A DNA stretch of 64,000 nucleotides. Origin: Eledone cirrhosa (lineage: Eukaryota). Below are positions 24,050 through 38,299 of the stretch, piece after piece (position 1 is the first letter of the stretch; every line of letters begins with the position of its first letter). Made by a program: the position numbers and the translations under genes. The stretch is from the NCBI GenBank assembly GCA_964016885.1, contig OZ024743.1, forward strand, positions 170,252,001 through 170,316,000, read 5' to 3'. Below the pieces are notes generated by a model that was not told the origin of the DNA, did not search any database, and saw only the letters and a list, made by a program, of their open reading frames with translations.

Positions 24050-25702
24050 GTGTACAGGAGACTAGATGGAGAGGAGGATCAGCTACTAGATTCCTGGTGG
24101 GCAAAAAGCGATGCTACAAATTTTTCAGGAGGAGAAATGACAATGGGTTGGGTGGAGCAGGGATCATGTTATCAGAAAAATGGGTAGATAATGTAATTGC
24201 TGGAAATAGAATGAACAACAAAATCATTAAAATTTGATTAATACTATAATAAATAGAATAACTGTGTCTGTTATATCTGCTTATGCACCCTAATCTGGTC
24301 TACTTGATGTACTAAAAGACAAGTTCTATGAGTCCCTAATTCACACTACTTCCCAAATAAGTGTTGGTGATGTCATAATCATTGCTGGTGACTTTTATGG
24401 GCATATTGGACAACACTGCAATGGTTTCGATGTGATCCATGGAGTTTATGGGTTTGGTACTAGAAATGAGGATGGTTTCAGGCTCCTGGAATTCTGTGAT
24501 GCCAGTGAGCCATCTATCTGAAACACAAACTTCAAAAAATAAGACAATCGCCTGGTAACCTGTACATCAGAGGAGCATACCAGTAAGATAGATTTTATCC
24601 TTATCAGAGGAGCATACCAGTAAGATAGATTTTATCCTTATCAGAGGACCAGACAGAATGATTTCTTCCCGGGGAAGAATGCACCTCGCAACATAACCTA
24701 ATAGTTAGCGACCTTATAGTCAGAGCTAGACAAACTCAACGAAAGAGGACAACCTGGAAGAGAAGAATGTGGAAGTTGAAGGACCCCACAGCCACTAAAC
24801 AAATTTAGAGGTATGTTGCTTGATGCTTTCGACAGTAAGGAAGAGCAAATAGAGACATATAATATAGAGGAGCAGTGGGAATTCCTAAAAGAAGATGACC
24901 AACAAAATCTGTGACTAGAGGTCTCTAGAGAGAAGGAGTGTGACTTGGCAGTGGAACAGAAAGGTGGAGGTGACAATTAAAGCCAAAAGGTGGGCATGGA
25001 AAGAATGGTGGGATGGGAGAGAAGCTAAGCGACAAGTATATTTTGCAAGAAGGGAAGCAGAAGATAAATAATTTAAGCATGTTCTGCACATGAGATGTTC
25101 AGGATTACGAGACAAAGTCTCAGTGAAAATTGTGATGTCGTTGGGGAGAAGTGTATCAGTGATGATAACAGACTACTTGTCTTCACTGATACTGAAAGGA
25201 AAGAAGCATGGAAGTGTCACTGTGGAAGATTACTAAATTAGGAGAATGAATGGGATGAAGATAGTTTGACCCAACTGAGGGAGCAGCTGTGCAAGTTAGC
25301 AGTAGTACGGTAAGTAAGGCAATCAATGATATGAAGACAGGCAAAGCAGCTGGACCTTCAGGGATAGTTGCTGAGATGCAGAAAGCATTGTGGATGGTGG
25401 ACCACGCCATGGCCACTCTTATTGTGAACCAATTAATGCAGAATGGTGACATACTCAATGATTGGTATAGCAGCATCATTGTCAACTGCTACAAGGGTTA
25501 AAGAGATACTCTAGACAGAAAACTGGTTCATGAAAGTTACAGAAAGAATTATCGCACAGCTGATTAGGGCTAGAGTTAACCTAGATGAAATGCAGTTTGG
25601 ATTTGTTCCAGGTAAAAGTACCATAGATGTTTGCTTCATCGTGAGGCACTGCAACAGAAGTACCTAGCAAAAGGTAAACCCCTCTACTTAGCTTTTGTTG
25701 AA
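24050..25702 (+). mobile_element. RTE family A fragment (APE to RT start), heavily decayed
   Basis: VISAYAP, IAGDF, MKTGKAAGPSGIVAEM, MQFGFVPG, LAFVE. Confidence 0.85.
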
Positions 25703-25767
25703 ATCTAAAGGACAAAAGGAAAAGTTGACCTCTCTATCGTCTTTGTTGACTTCACCATGGTGTTTAA

Positions 25768-25983
25768 CCCTTTAGCATTTAAACCGGCCATATCCGGCCA
25801 GAATTCTCTCAGCTCTTTCTTTCAAACCTGCTGTAGCTGGCCGCTCATACTAACATTAAGGTATTCTTCTCAAAATGAATATCAAAATCTCATAGATTGG
25901 ATATTTTGTAAGATATTATGTGAGGTAAAGCCTTTACCATGACAATATAATAGTAAATACAGAGTAATATGAATGTTAAAGGG
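25768..25983. mobile_element. piggyBac-type MITE
   Basis: TTAA|ccctttagcatt ... aatgttaaaggg|TTAA. Confidence 0.8.
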
Positions 25984-25991
25984 TTAATACA

Positions 25992-28900
25992 GTGTCCTGT
26001 CCAGGACTGTGGAACATACTTCCCCTTATTGGAATCTCTCCCAGGATGGTAAAACTAATCAGATGCGTTTACGGTGGCATGAATGCAACATTAGTCAATG
26101 GCAGTGAAGATGATGAGTTCCTCCGTCACCAACGGATCAAGCAAGAACGCGTTCTTGTCCCAATACTTTTCAGCTTACTTCTTAGCATGATGTTTCTCTC
26201 TGCCTTTAAAAATTCAGATCCAGGCATCCAGATCATATACAGGCAGATGGGGTATCTTCACCTGAAGGCAAAGTCTAAAACCTTTAGATCACTAGTTTGT
26301 GGCCTCTTGTATGCTGATATGCTGATTACTTACCGATTCTTTGTTTCATCATCATCATCACCGTTTTACGTCCGTTCTTCCATGCTAGCATCGGTTAGAC
26401 GGGTTGTCCTGTTGTGGGCAGTGTCTGGTTGGCTGACCATACCTTGCTCATACAGGAACTGATTTTGGCTTGATTTCTACAGCTGGATGCCCTTCCTAAC
26501 ACCAACCTCATTTAATGGGTGCTTTTTCCGTTGCGCCTACACGTTCACTTTACAGTGTGGGCTGGGTGCTTTTTTGCCGTGGCACCTCCACGACCACCTT
26601 ACAGTGGGAAGGTGTGGGGGCATATTGTCTATATGCTTCAGCTTGTACCCATGGGAGGTCGGGTACTCTGTATTACTGCGTGACGCCAGAGGTCACGGTC
26701 ATGTGTCATCGCCTTTGAGAGGTGTAATTGGGTAAGGTTGGCTTTTATCACATCATCCCAGGTCTTCTTGGGTCTCCCCACTCCGCGGTTTCCATTGACT
26801 TCTAGTGCTATGCACCTTTTTATGCAGCTGTCATCCTTCATACGCATCACATGTCCATACCAACGCGACCGCCTCTCCTGCACACAGCATTTGATTCCTC
26901 TTATGCTCAGTCTCTCTCTCAATTCATTTATGCTTTGTCGTTCGTATATATTACTATTATACATCCATCGGAGCATGCAGGCTTCGTTTCTTTCTAATCT
27001 ACGTAAGTCTTCCACCTTCAGCGCCCAGGTCTCACTACCATGTAACATTGCTGTTCGGATACACGCATCATACAGTCTGCCTTTCATTTTGAGGGAGAAG
27101 CCTTTTTGCAGCTAGCAGTGGCAGTAGTTCCCTGAACTTCTTCCATCCTGTTATTACCCTAGTTATTGTACTTTCTGAACACCGACCTCTGCTGCTAATT
27201 CGGTCACCTAGATAGCAGAAGCTGTCTACTGTTTCTACAGAGCCCTCCCAGAGATTGGTGGTACTTGTTTCCTGTGTCTGTTTGCTGCTTGCTGTCCTTT
27301 CTAGTCCCTGCTTCTAAGTTTGGAATTTCTTCTCTAGTTCTACCATAGATTCAGCTATAAGTGCGAGGTCATCAGCATACAGGAGTTCCCATGGGCATCT
27401 GGTCTTAAACTTCTCCGTTATTGCCTGCAGGACTATGATGGGCTAAGAACAGAGCCCTGGTGGACACCAACCTGTACGCTAAATTCCTCGCTATACTCAT
27501 TGCTCATCCTAACTTTGCTGAGTGCTCCCCTATACATGGCTTGTACAGCTTTCACAAGCCATTCATCTACTCCTAGTTTTCTAAGAGCCCACCAGATTAC
27601 AGCACGTGGAACTCTGTCAAAGGCTTTCTCGAGATCGACGAATGCCAGGTAGAGTGGCTTACTTTTAGCTAGGTACTTTTCGTGTAACTGCCTCACAAGG
27701 AAGAGGGCATCAGCGGTGCCTCTTCCTGGTACAAACCCAAATTGCATCTTATCTAGTTTCACTCGGTCCCTAATCAACTGTGCTATAACTCTTTCTGTTA
27801 CTTTCATGACCTGATCCATCAGCTTTATACCTCTATAGTTTCCTCTATCTAGTGCATCACCTTTACCTTTGTAACAGTTGACAATGATGCTACTGCACCA
27901 ATCTTTTGGTATGACACCTTCTAGTATTACTTGGTTAACAATACGTGTGGTTATAGTGTGACCTACAGACCCAGATGCCTTCAGCATCTCGGCAGCTATA
28001 CCCGATGGACCGGTTGCCTTCCCCATCTTCATATATTTGATTGCCTTACTTACTACGCTGCTGCTGACTTGTACTGCTGGCCTCTCTATAGGGTCTACTT
28101 GGGGTAGGGTCTCTTCTTCCCATGCATTCTCCTCATTTAGTAATATATCATAATGGCTCTTCCATGCACCTTTCTTCTCAGCACTTGTGAGGGCAAGCTC
28201 ACCTTTATCATTCTGGATACACTTCTCTCCAATGACATCACAATTCTCTCTGACACACTGCCTCGCAATCCTGGGCACCTCCTGTTTCTGGCCCTCACGT
28301 TGCAAAACATGCTTGAATTTTCTATCCTCTGCTTCCCTCCTAGCTAAGTATACTTGTCGCCTAGCTTCCCTCTTGGTCTCTATGTAATGTACCCTGCTCC
28401 CCCGTTCTTCCATTCTTTCCATGCCTGTCTCTTGGCCTTAACTGCTCCATCTACCTTATTGTTCCACCACCAAGTCACTCTCCTCCTGCTTGTGGTCTTA
28501 CTCCAGCCACAGATCGCATCCGTCGCCTCTAGTAAGTCATTTTTTAGGAAGTGCTTTGGACTCACCATACGTATGGAGTAGACTAAAGTGATGTTTCAAC
28601 CTGCAAAGGGTTCAACAGCAAGCATGCCTGAAACAAAGATTGACGGCAAGGTCCATAACAACTTTGACTCCTTCATGTATCTTTGTTGTAGTCTCTCCTT
28701 TTCCAATAGTCTCCATAATGAGGTATCCAACCACATCGCTAAGGCAAGTGCTTCCTGTGGTAGAATCCACAAGCGAGTACGGAGTGAAAGGGCTTAAAAC
28801 TGGAGACGAAGTGCACAGTGTACAGAGCAGTGGTCTTGACTGCATTGCTGTATGGATGCGAGTCGTGGACTCTCTACTGTAGGCATGTCAAGCTATGAGA

Positions 28901-29381
28901 TTAGTTTTACCAGTGCTGCCTCCTTTTTATCTCAAACATCATATGGTACGACAGTCTCAAATGTGAAGGTACTTTGGCAAGCCCAGATGCTGCTAACAAT
29001 CTGAGCTAAGATGGTCTTTATATTTTATGTGCATGCAGAATAAAAGGCTACCAAAGCAGCTTTTCTACGGGGAACTGACAGAGGGCCATCGACCAAGTGG
29101 AGAGCTTAAGCTTCCCTACAAAGACACTCTGAAAAAAATTCCTCCAGTAATGTGACAAAAAGGTATGAATGATCGCAAGCTATTTGCAAGGGACAGACGC
29201 TTATGAAAATGAAAGACAAAGCAGCCGAGTGGAAAAGCATGCAACAATGAAGGCCAAAACCAGTCTGTAGAGTATTCCATTGAGTGTCCAGCCGCCTGTG
29301 TGCATCAGATCTTGGCCTGAACAATCGGATGAAATGCTTAGTTGGACTTTATCGATCACGATAGTCAGCCTACAACAACAT
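25992..29381 (+). mobile_element. Old RTE (family B-like) fragment split by the 26346-28546 insertion
   Basis: IKQERVLVPILFS..LLYAD (to ~26320) resumes at ~28550 as FGLTI..TKVMFQPA..YL..IAKASA and KQLFYGEL. Confidence 0.7.
26346..28546 (-). mobile_element. RTE family A copy with 3' (gat)n tail
   Basis: ORFs 27433-28422 and 26638-27087; tail catgctagcatggaagaacggacgtaaaacggtgatgatg. Confidence 0.92.
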
Positions 29382-31113
29382 TTGTATGAATATGTGTGTG
29401 TGTGTGTGTGTATATGTGTGTGTCAGTGAAAATGTAAGAGGCAAAATATCAATGATCAGTGAAAAGAACAAAAATAACAACAACAAAAAATGCAGTGTAT
29501 TTTTTCTACAATGGTTTTTCTTTCAAGAAGGTGTGGCTTGGCATCTCATTACAGTGAATAAACATATAAGCCAACCTCTTAACCATTTAAGCCATGCTGC
29601 GCACACATTTTATTTCGTATTTTCACTAGTACTTTCGTGTCTTGTGAATGTTGACATTGTCACGTTACCTTGGTGAATAATTAATATTGTAAAATATCTA
29701 TGTGGTGCTAGTATAGTTAAATGGAGATAAACTATTAAACATTTTCATTTTATATTTTATAATTATGGGTGTTATTTTTATGTTGTACACAAGTCAAAGA
29801 GAGATAACAAACTGAAACTTCGTGTTACTGTCATTTTCTACTTAGAAAATATTTAAAAATAAATCCTGTTTTTTTTTGGGGGGGGGGGGGTTTGCAGATG
29901 TCTAGATGGATGCTAGGAAGAAATGTTTATAGATAGCTTTTAAAACTTTCTTGCAGGGTTACGTTTGGTCAAGTGCCAGATTTTAGAATACCAAAATGTT
30001 GCTGTATAATTTGAAAATACGATTCTTTTAATAGTCAGTGATGGTCTTGCTCTAACACAAGTGTACAGCTATCATATCATGTATGGAGAATAGATATATG
30101 AGTATGTACTTTATGTACAAAAAGAATCTTATTGACAGATTTGTTAGAACTTAAGACAAAATACTTTGCGTATTCATTTCAGCTTTCTGAGTGGTAGACT
30201 TAATTTATCACCCGGTTTAACATTATCACTTGGTCCTTGGATCTGTTGTTGCAAGCATTAGGGCCAGGACTCCGATTTGAGGTTAACTTCAGGCTTTCTT
30301 CCCACCATTCTAGGATGGCTTGGGCAATATAAAAACATTGTGGACACTGTCCTTTCCTCCTTGACCAAACGGTAAAAAAAATGCTAGCTCTGATTAAGCT
30401 GACTCATGTAAAGATTGTATCTTTTTCCTAGACACATTGCAGTTAGGATCGTATTATCTAATGTATCTTTTATCAGGTGTGGCGAAATGTAAGGCTGTGC
30501 AATACTGGTAATAGACCCACTACGGCTATATATAAAATCGATAAATGGAAATAAAATCACAGAACAATCAATGTCACACTTTTATCTAGTCAAAAAACGG
30601 TTGTTTTATTCACAGTTGTATAAATAACATTACAAATTGTTCACAACACCACATAATAATAAATACAATTAACTATGAACCTTACAAATACAACGCACAA
30701 AGATATATGATCAAAGTGAGAGAAAGAAAGAAAGAAAAAAGGGGAAAACAAAAATAAAAACGACTATCAATTCACCACTAAGTCCGACAATGGAAATTTT
30801 TGAGGAAAGCCAATACGGTTGCAGCACTACCACGGGTGATGATGAGGCTACCGGAATTTAAGTGTTTTCAGTAGTTTTATTTACTTTTACTTATAGAAAA
30901 ACCAGAAAAAAACAGAAAAACCACCCTTTGGGTGGTTTTCTGCTAGCATATGTAGTGTGCATATTGATATTATATGCAAATATACATGCATGTAGATATG
31001 ATACGTCAAATAAAATTATAATTGAGAATATGCACAGAAATTGAAGAGAGACTGTGTTATACTCTCTTCTGTAATCAGTAAAATAATCTATGATACATTT
31101 AAAAAAGACGATA

Positions 31114-32061
31114 TCTATATATCTAAAACAGAGAATGTCTGTCTGTCTGTCTCACTCCCGAAAACTCGAGAACCTCCCAACCTATTGTTTTCAAACTTTA
31201 CACATGTAATACTTATGGTCGTGTGAGTGTTTTGAGCTAAAAATATTTCAAATTTTCAATGGCCTAGGGACCGCATTAGGCGCCGTTTAGTGATCTCTCT
31301 ATAATTCTTAGCCTGCCTTTTTAGATAGATACATCGATACGACGTTGCGCCCTTTTAACATCTGTCTGTATGTCTGGCCGTCTGCATTACGACATTATGA
31401 CACTATCTGTGTGTGTGTGTATATATGTATATATAGTGTGTGTGTATATATATAGTGTGTAACGTTTTTTCGAAATATTTACTTCTGCGTTCACAGAATG
31501 ATTTTTTTAGTTTCAGAAGATCCCGTTAAGGGTGAAAGCAACGATTCTTTGCTTAAATTTTAATCTGTTATTTTAATATATATATTCGTGTACAGATATT
31601 TTTGCATACACAAAAACAAAATATAAACAAACAAGGCCATTGATTACATAGTCAACGGTTCGGAAATCACATGCATCACTGACGAGTTTACTCCTTACTC
31701 TACCAGTTAGTCTTAGTGTACTTCATCCTGCTTTTAGGAAGTACTACAATCATTTTTTTAGCTAGATAAGGCAGAAGGGGATAATCACGATTGGCTAAAG
31801 AAGGACGAGACTGTGTTAGTAGTACGACCAACGCTGCTATCACACCAACAGCAGCAAAAACAACAAAAAAGAGGGAACACAATTACATGCTTTTGAAAAT
31901 TCTTAATGGAAAATTATTTGCCTATTTACCCAAGGCGACTTCACTTTTTATTAGGACTTCTGCATCAATTGGTGAACATACGACGAAACTGTTTCAGAAA
32001 GGAGGGATAAACATGCCAATCTATGTTTAGAATCCCGAGCAACGCCAGGCCATTCTGCTAG
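31114..32061 (+). mobile_element. Non-autonomous Helitron (same family as 16389-17154)
   Basis: 5' tctatatatctaaaacagag; 3' cccgagcaacgccaggccattctgCTAG|t; shared internal blocks. Confidence 0.85.
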
Positions 32062-32206
32062 TTATATATAAACTGCATTACGGTGAAATGTTATGAAACC
32101 GAAAAAGGAGAAAATTAGCAACGAAAATATAAACGTTATGATGTAAATATATGAACATTTATATAGGCGATGTGATAGAGCAAACAGCTATAAGTGTTAT
32201 GATATT

Positions 32207-33005
32207 CTAGGGCGGGTAAAATTCCCGAGATCCATGGACGAGTTCTCTCCAGCGGTCTCTCTTTCTCATTATCGCTGCCATGTCCTGCGTCTCCAACAGA
32301 CCAGTGTCTGTCCTTAGGGCATCAACATATGTTAACCTTGGGCTTCCTCTTCCAGTGTGTCCATGTAGGGGCTCCCACAGGAGCACTGAGTGCAATGTCA
32401 ACTCTGGATGTCGGTGAGCATGTCCAGCTAACCTCAGTCTCCTCTGTGTCACTTTTTGAGCTGACCTTTGGGAGGCTCCCATACAGCTCTGAGTTTTTCA
32501 TCCTCAGTGTATACTGATTAATGTTCAGAGCCATCCTCAGCATTCTCGTGTAGCCCCCATCCACCATCTGAGTGAGTTTCTTGGTCATGTCCCGTACAGC
32601 AGCACAGACACCACTACAGCAATGAAGAGGCGGATTTTCAGGTCTTTACAAAGGTCCGACTTCCACACCAATCTCAAGTTGTGGCACGCCGCCCAGGCTT
32701 TGCTCTTCCTCTCAACCACATCATCTTCCGTATTCCCAATCTTTGCTCCCAAATACAGGAAGTCCTCAACCAATTCTAACGGCTTCCCGCATACATTAGT
32801 GATCCCTTCTGGCTTCTTAACATTCTCTACCAGATATTTTGTTTTAATCTCATTCATTCTCAGCCCCACACTCATCGTCACAGTCTCAACCTCCTGCATC
32901 AAATCCTCTGCCTCCTTCACTATTTGTCACCAAAACTATGTCGTCGGCAAATTCAGCATCCGATATCTTTTTTGTCTTAACTCCCCTGCTCTGAGCCGGT
33001 GCTAC
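32207..33005 (-). mobile_element. RTE family C 3' fragment
   Basis: FADD, DFLYLG, SVLLYG, RRLRLAGH..EPLHG. Confidence 0.85.
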
Positions 33006-33744
33006 AGTAAAGCCAGATATAACGGACGCTAAGCGGAAAGAAGTGATTCTTATAATAAGCTATACATTACTTACACATAATATTTATGGTTAATCAAGAG
33101 CTACGAAATTTAGTAGATAAATTATATATTTATTGATGATTTATTCAAAGTAATCCAACTTATTTTAATAACGTGTTCAGAAAAAATATCTCTGACTCAG
33201 TTTCGCAGTCCTCCAATAATTATATATTATAGATAAGCTTCCACTGTTTTAAATAAATAACTTTTTGAGGTATTTGAATAAAATATGGTTTTTGTGGATT
33301 CATAAAATGTCGGGTCCTTTACAAATTGCACGTTAAGTATACATGTGATCTGTGTTAGGGTTACAGATATGTACATTATATACATGTAATGTACATAATG
33401 TACTTGCAGGTAAACTGAACAGAATAAAAAGAACTAGAACTTCAGATGAGTTTGCCTCACGACCACCTGTTGTGATATCAGATATGAGAGACATTTGGCT
33501 GCTGTTTCTAACCGGTTGATCGACAAAGTCTTTCGTTGTGTTGTGTTTTCTATGCACTGTAGTGAAGATGTAACCTCACCTTAAGAATGGTCCCTGCTGA
33601 GTGTGATGGCGGGTAGTGATGTGATCTATTGAAAATAGGTTTTGACTATGAAGTCTGGTGGTGGAGGATATGCTGTACAAAGACCTCTGTTTTCCCAGTG
33701 CAAGGATCATGTTCTGAACCTAATTGACTGACAAACAAAGGGTC

Positions 33745-36432
33745 TCATCATCATCATCATCATTTAACGTCCATCTTCCATGCTTACATGGGTTTGGACA
33801 GGAATTTTCCCACTTGAGGCAAGATTGGTTGTCTTGCTCGTATAGGACTGTCTGGCAGGTTTTCTAAGGCTGGATGCCCTTCCTAACACCAACCACGTTT
33901 ACAGTGTGGACTGGGAGGTTTTTACCGTGTTACCTACACGGCCACATTACAGCGTGGCCTGTGTGTTTTTTTTGTCGTGACACATACACGACCTCATTTA
34001 TTTCGGACTGGATGTTGTGGTACCAACAACTTTACATCGAAAGGAGTGGTGTGGATGGGGTGGGGGTAGTGGGATGGGTGTGGATTTTTGTTAAGAGGTG
34101 CCTACTGTCTGTAGTAGGTTTCACTTTGTACTTAGGCAAAGCGGGTCTTCTGTATGACTGTGTAGCGCCAAAGATCTCGGTCCAGTGACATTGTCTTGGA
34201 GAGGTGTGAGGTCGGAATTTATCAAGTCGTCCCAGGTTTTTCTGGGTCTGCCTACTCCGTGGCTACCATCTATTTTTATTGCCCTGCACTTTTTTATACA
34301 GCTGTCGTCTTTCATGCGCATCACGTGACCATACCAACGTAGTCTTCTCTCGAGTAAACAGCATCTGATTCCTCTTATTCCTAATTTCTCCCTTAGTTCA
34401 TTTATGCTTTGCCGTTCACGTATATTACTATTGCACATCCAGCGGAGCATGCAAGCTTCGTTCCTCTCCAGTCTGCATATATCCTCTGCACACAATGCCC
34501 AAGTCTCACTGCCATGTAACATTGCTGTTCATATGCAGGCATCATACAGCCTACCTTTCATTTTTCCATCCCGTTCTGACTCTAGCTACTGTGCTTTCAG
34601 AGCACCCTCCACCACTGCTGATTTTGTCACCCAGGTAACGGAAAGTGTCCACTATTTCTATAGAACCATCTGTGCAATGGAATGAGCTAGTATTCTGTGG
34701 GCACTTGCTGCTACTTATTGCACCTGAGCACAGGCCACATATAAAGTCTACGTTCTTAGATAGTTTACCTGTGATCCCACTACATCTTTAATGTACCCAT
34801 ACTTTGCATTTGGGACATAAAATTGAATTTCTGCCTACTACTTTCCTACACACTGAGCGTGGCCATTTCCCTGAGGGTACTTGTGCCTTATTTTCCTTTC
34901 TACAAACTAGGACTTTAGTCTTAGACGGGTTAATTTTAAGGCCTTTAAATTCTAGGCCATGCTTCCATGTTTGGAATTTCTTCTCTAGTTCAGCCATTGA
35001 TTCAGCTATGAGCGTTAGATCATCTGCATATAGGAGTTCCCATGGGCAGCCGGTCTTGAACTCCTCTGTTATAGCCTGAAGGGCAATAATAAATAGTAGG
35101 GGGATAAGGACGGAGCCCTGATGAACACCAACTTTTACGCTAAACTCTTCACTATATTCGTTGTTAATTCTAACCTTGCTGACTGTTTCTTTATACATGG
35201 CTTTATACAAGCCATTCATCAACACCTAGTTTTCTAAGAGCCCACCAGATGATGGAGTGGGGTACTCTGTCAAAGGCTTTCTCCAAGTCAACAAAAGCTA
35301 AGTATAGGGGGTTTACTTTTAGCTAGATACTTCTCCTGTAGTTGTCGTACAATGAAAAGATCATCTGTTGTACTTTTACCTGACACAAACCGGAACTGCA
35401 TTTCATCTAGATCAATTCGCTCTCTGATTAGTTGCGCTATTACTTTTTCTGTGACCTTCATGACCTGGTCGATTAATTTAATGCTTCTATAGTTTCCCCT
35501 ATCTAGGGCATCTCCTTTACCCTTGTAGCAGTTAATGATGATGCTGGTACGCCAGTCCTTCGGAACGACCCCATTCTGTATGACTTGGTTTACTATCCGG
35601 GTGACCATAGTGTGTCCCACCGTTCCAGATGCTTTCAGCATTTCAGCAACTATTTCTGAAGCCCCAGCCGCCTTGCCTGTCTTCATATCTTTGATCGCCT
35701 TACTTATTATACTACCTTCAACTTGCACTGCTGGTCCCTCTATTGAATCTATGTGGGGGAGACTGTCTTTCTCCCAATTATTCTCCTCATTTAGTAGCCT
35801 TTCGTAGTGACACTACCAAGCTACCTTCTTCAGTATCAGTATCAGTGATGGCAAGTACACCATCATCATTAAGGACACACTTCTCCCCGACAATATCACG
35901 GTTTTCCTTGACACATTGCCTAGCAATCCTGAACACCTCACGTTTTTGGTCCTCGTGTTGTAGAACATGCTTGAACTTTCTTTCCTCTGCTTCCCTTCTT
36001 GCGAAGTACACTTGTCTCCTAGCTTCTCACCTGACCACTTGATAGTCTTCTCTACTTCCCCCATCCCGCCAGCTCTCCTAGCCTGCTTTTTGGCCTTGAT
36101 TTACTCCTCCACCTTACTGTAATCCTCCTGCCTATAGGTCTGCTCCAGCCACAGATTTCATCTCTCGCCTTCAGCAGGTTAGATTTCAGGAATTCCCACT
36201 GTTCCTCTATATTGTACGACTCTAATTGCTCTTCCTTACTATCAAAAGCATCAAGTAATATGCTTTTAAATTTATTACTGGTTGTGGGGTCCTTTAGCTG
36301 CCATATTTCTCTCCTGAGGATAGTCCTCTTCTGTTGTCGAGTACGTCTCATCCTGACTATGAGGTCACTAATTATGAGTCTATGTTGAGAGGTGCATTCT
36401 TCATGGGGGAGGGATTTAGTGTTTACAACAGT
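33745..36432 (-). mobile_element. RTE family A copy
   Basis: ORF pieces 36052-36441, 35288-35728, 34788-35225 (YADDL) and 34121-34522; (gat)n tail. Confidence 0.92.
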
Positions 36433-36515
36433 AAAACGCAAAACTACACAAGTACAAAAGCAAATAGAAAAATTAAAAAATAACCCTTAAGTTCCTTTAC
36501 AGCACGTCATACACA

Positions 36516-37313
36516 CATGGCTGGATTTAATGGGAAACAAAGAGGACAACTTCCCCAGGGCCTCTGCAGTGAGATGTTCCACCAGCGACGTCCGAAGCTA
36601 TTCATTTGTACTCTCAGCTTCTTCGTTTTTCTGTTGATGCAGTGTACATGAAGATTTCTAGGTGTTCCTACTCCTGAACAACCTACGTAGAACTGTCCAT
36701 GGGTACAAACCTATTCTCATGTATTCAATTCTACAACTTTGAAACTCTATGCCTGACCTTTATGTAGGGTCATAGCAAAACTGGCTCTAACAGGGAACTG
36801 AAGTCTTGAGAATTTGAACAGCAGACAAACATTCAATACAGTTGTTTTCTCTTCTACCTGTCTTCTCTTATTATCTGTTTACCTGGGCGAAGCTGGGTAT
36901 GTCAGTTAGTCTTTTATAAATACTTATATTACCATACAGCAGTAAATAGACTGAATTGTCATAAAGGAATCGTCATTTCAACTCCCACTAGGCTTTCGTT
37001 TGTTTGTTTTTTCTGGGGGAAGGGGGCATATTCAGGGTTGGATTTACATCTTGGGGTGCCCCTGATACACAAAAAATTAGAATACAGCAGCTAAAACCCC
37101 TGCCCCAATTTTATGTATCAAAGTTAACTTGGCGCAAGTAATTGGAATTGAAAATTGTACATACAGGTATTAAATTCAAAAATTCTATCTATCCTAAAAT
37201 TAATAAGCCCAGCTGAGTTCACAAATAAATTGCTACACCCGTCGCTGGTGGGGTACCATACTGCTGGAGCCCTGGGCAATTGCCCCCTTTGCCTCCCATT
37301 AAATCCAGTCTTG
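36516..37313. mobile_element. Old TIR non-autonomous DNA transposon (hAT-like ends)
   Basis: ~75-bp imperfect inverted repeats ggctggatttaatggg...caccagcgacg and cgtcgctggtg...cccattaaatccagtc; no clear TSD. Confidence 0.6.
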
Positions 37314-38299
37314 GGCATATTATTAATCCTTGTTCATATCCTGTTTGTATATCTGCACAAAACATTTTTTCCATCCCAGTTCATTCAACCAACAGCTGTA
37401 ACAATATTGATTTTTAATATAGACACAAGACCACACTTTTTTTATTGAAGAAGGGCTTCTAGTCAAATTAATTTCCCCAGTTTGTAACATATTTATATTA
37501 TCGAGTTTGAAATAACTAAATGCCAAAGCGACAGGATTTGAAAAAAGGTTGTTATCAATTTAGTGGCGGCAATTACGAGTTTTTGTTTTGTTGTTGCCAG
37601 GTTGATTCGTTCATTTGTAGTACTAGTAGTAGTGATGAAATGTGAAGCTGATGAGTGGGTAGCTTGTTGGTTGAATAATGGTAAGTGAATATGTGAAGTT
37701 GGTCTCAGTAAGTCAAGAGAAGCTATGCCATATTCAAAGAAACAAGAAGTTGTACATGCTTGTTGTTGTGTACAGTGATATTATTGTGGAGATGATTTTC
37801 CATAATATTTTTATTTGTAACAATGATTTACATTGAAATCATGTGCAGCAATGAACAATGGAAAAAGATGCACGTATAGTTATAGTATGTAATGTGTGTA
37901 AATGTATTCACTTACCAGTGTTGGTAACTTTCTCAGCTAGTGTTGATTCCAACAAGGCTGGCTAGCGAGAGTGTATAACTATCTGCCACTACATCGCAAG
38001 GCTGAAGGAACACTCCCTCTCTTTCAGAGTCGAAAAGCAGACTGATTTTTTCAAAGAGAAATTCATCTATTGTTCTTCCTGTGTACAACTGGCACTGTTA
38101 GTCCTTCAACCAGAGAATGTTATCTAAGTTATGGGGCTCTGAGGTCGTAGGTCAGTATTAAGATGGTTGTGTGCAACAGACTAAGAAAAACCATTGTGGG
38201 AAAATGTGCCGAGATTTTGCTACAGTCTCACGTTGCCTTCTTTCAAGTGATTTTTAAAAGACACCATCTTGCCCATCAACTATAACTGGTTCTGAGACA

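Noticed and set aside
31679-31995. CTGACGA ... GAAAC as a hammerhead
   Set aside because: No stem I or II complementarity and no palindromic stem III; halves are ~300 nt apart
36882-36909. Complete Helitron ending at cctgggcgaagctggg..gttag
   Set aside because: Only a degenerate 3' hairpin; no matching 5' end identified
37916-38180. Coding exon upstream of the minus-strand GTAAGT donor
   Set aside because: All three minus frames hit stops within ~50 nt and no good acceptor is nearby
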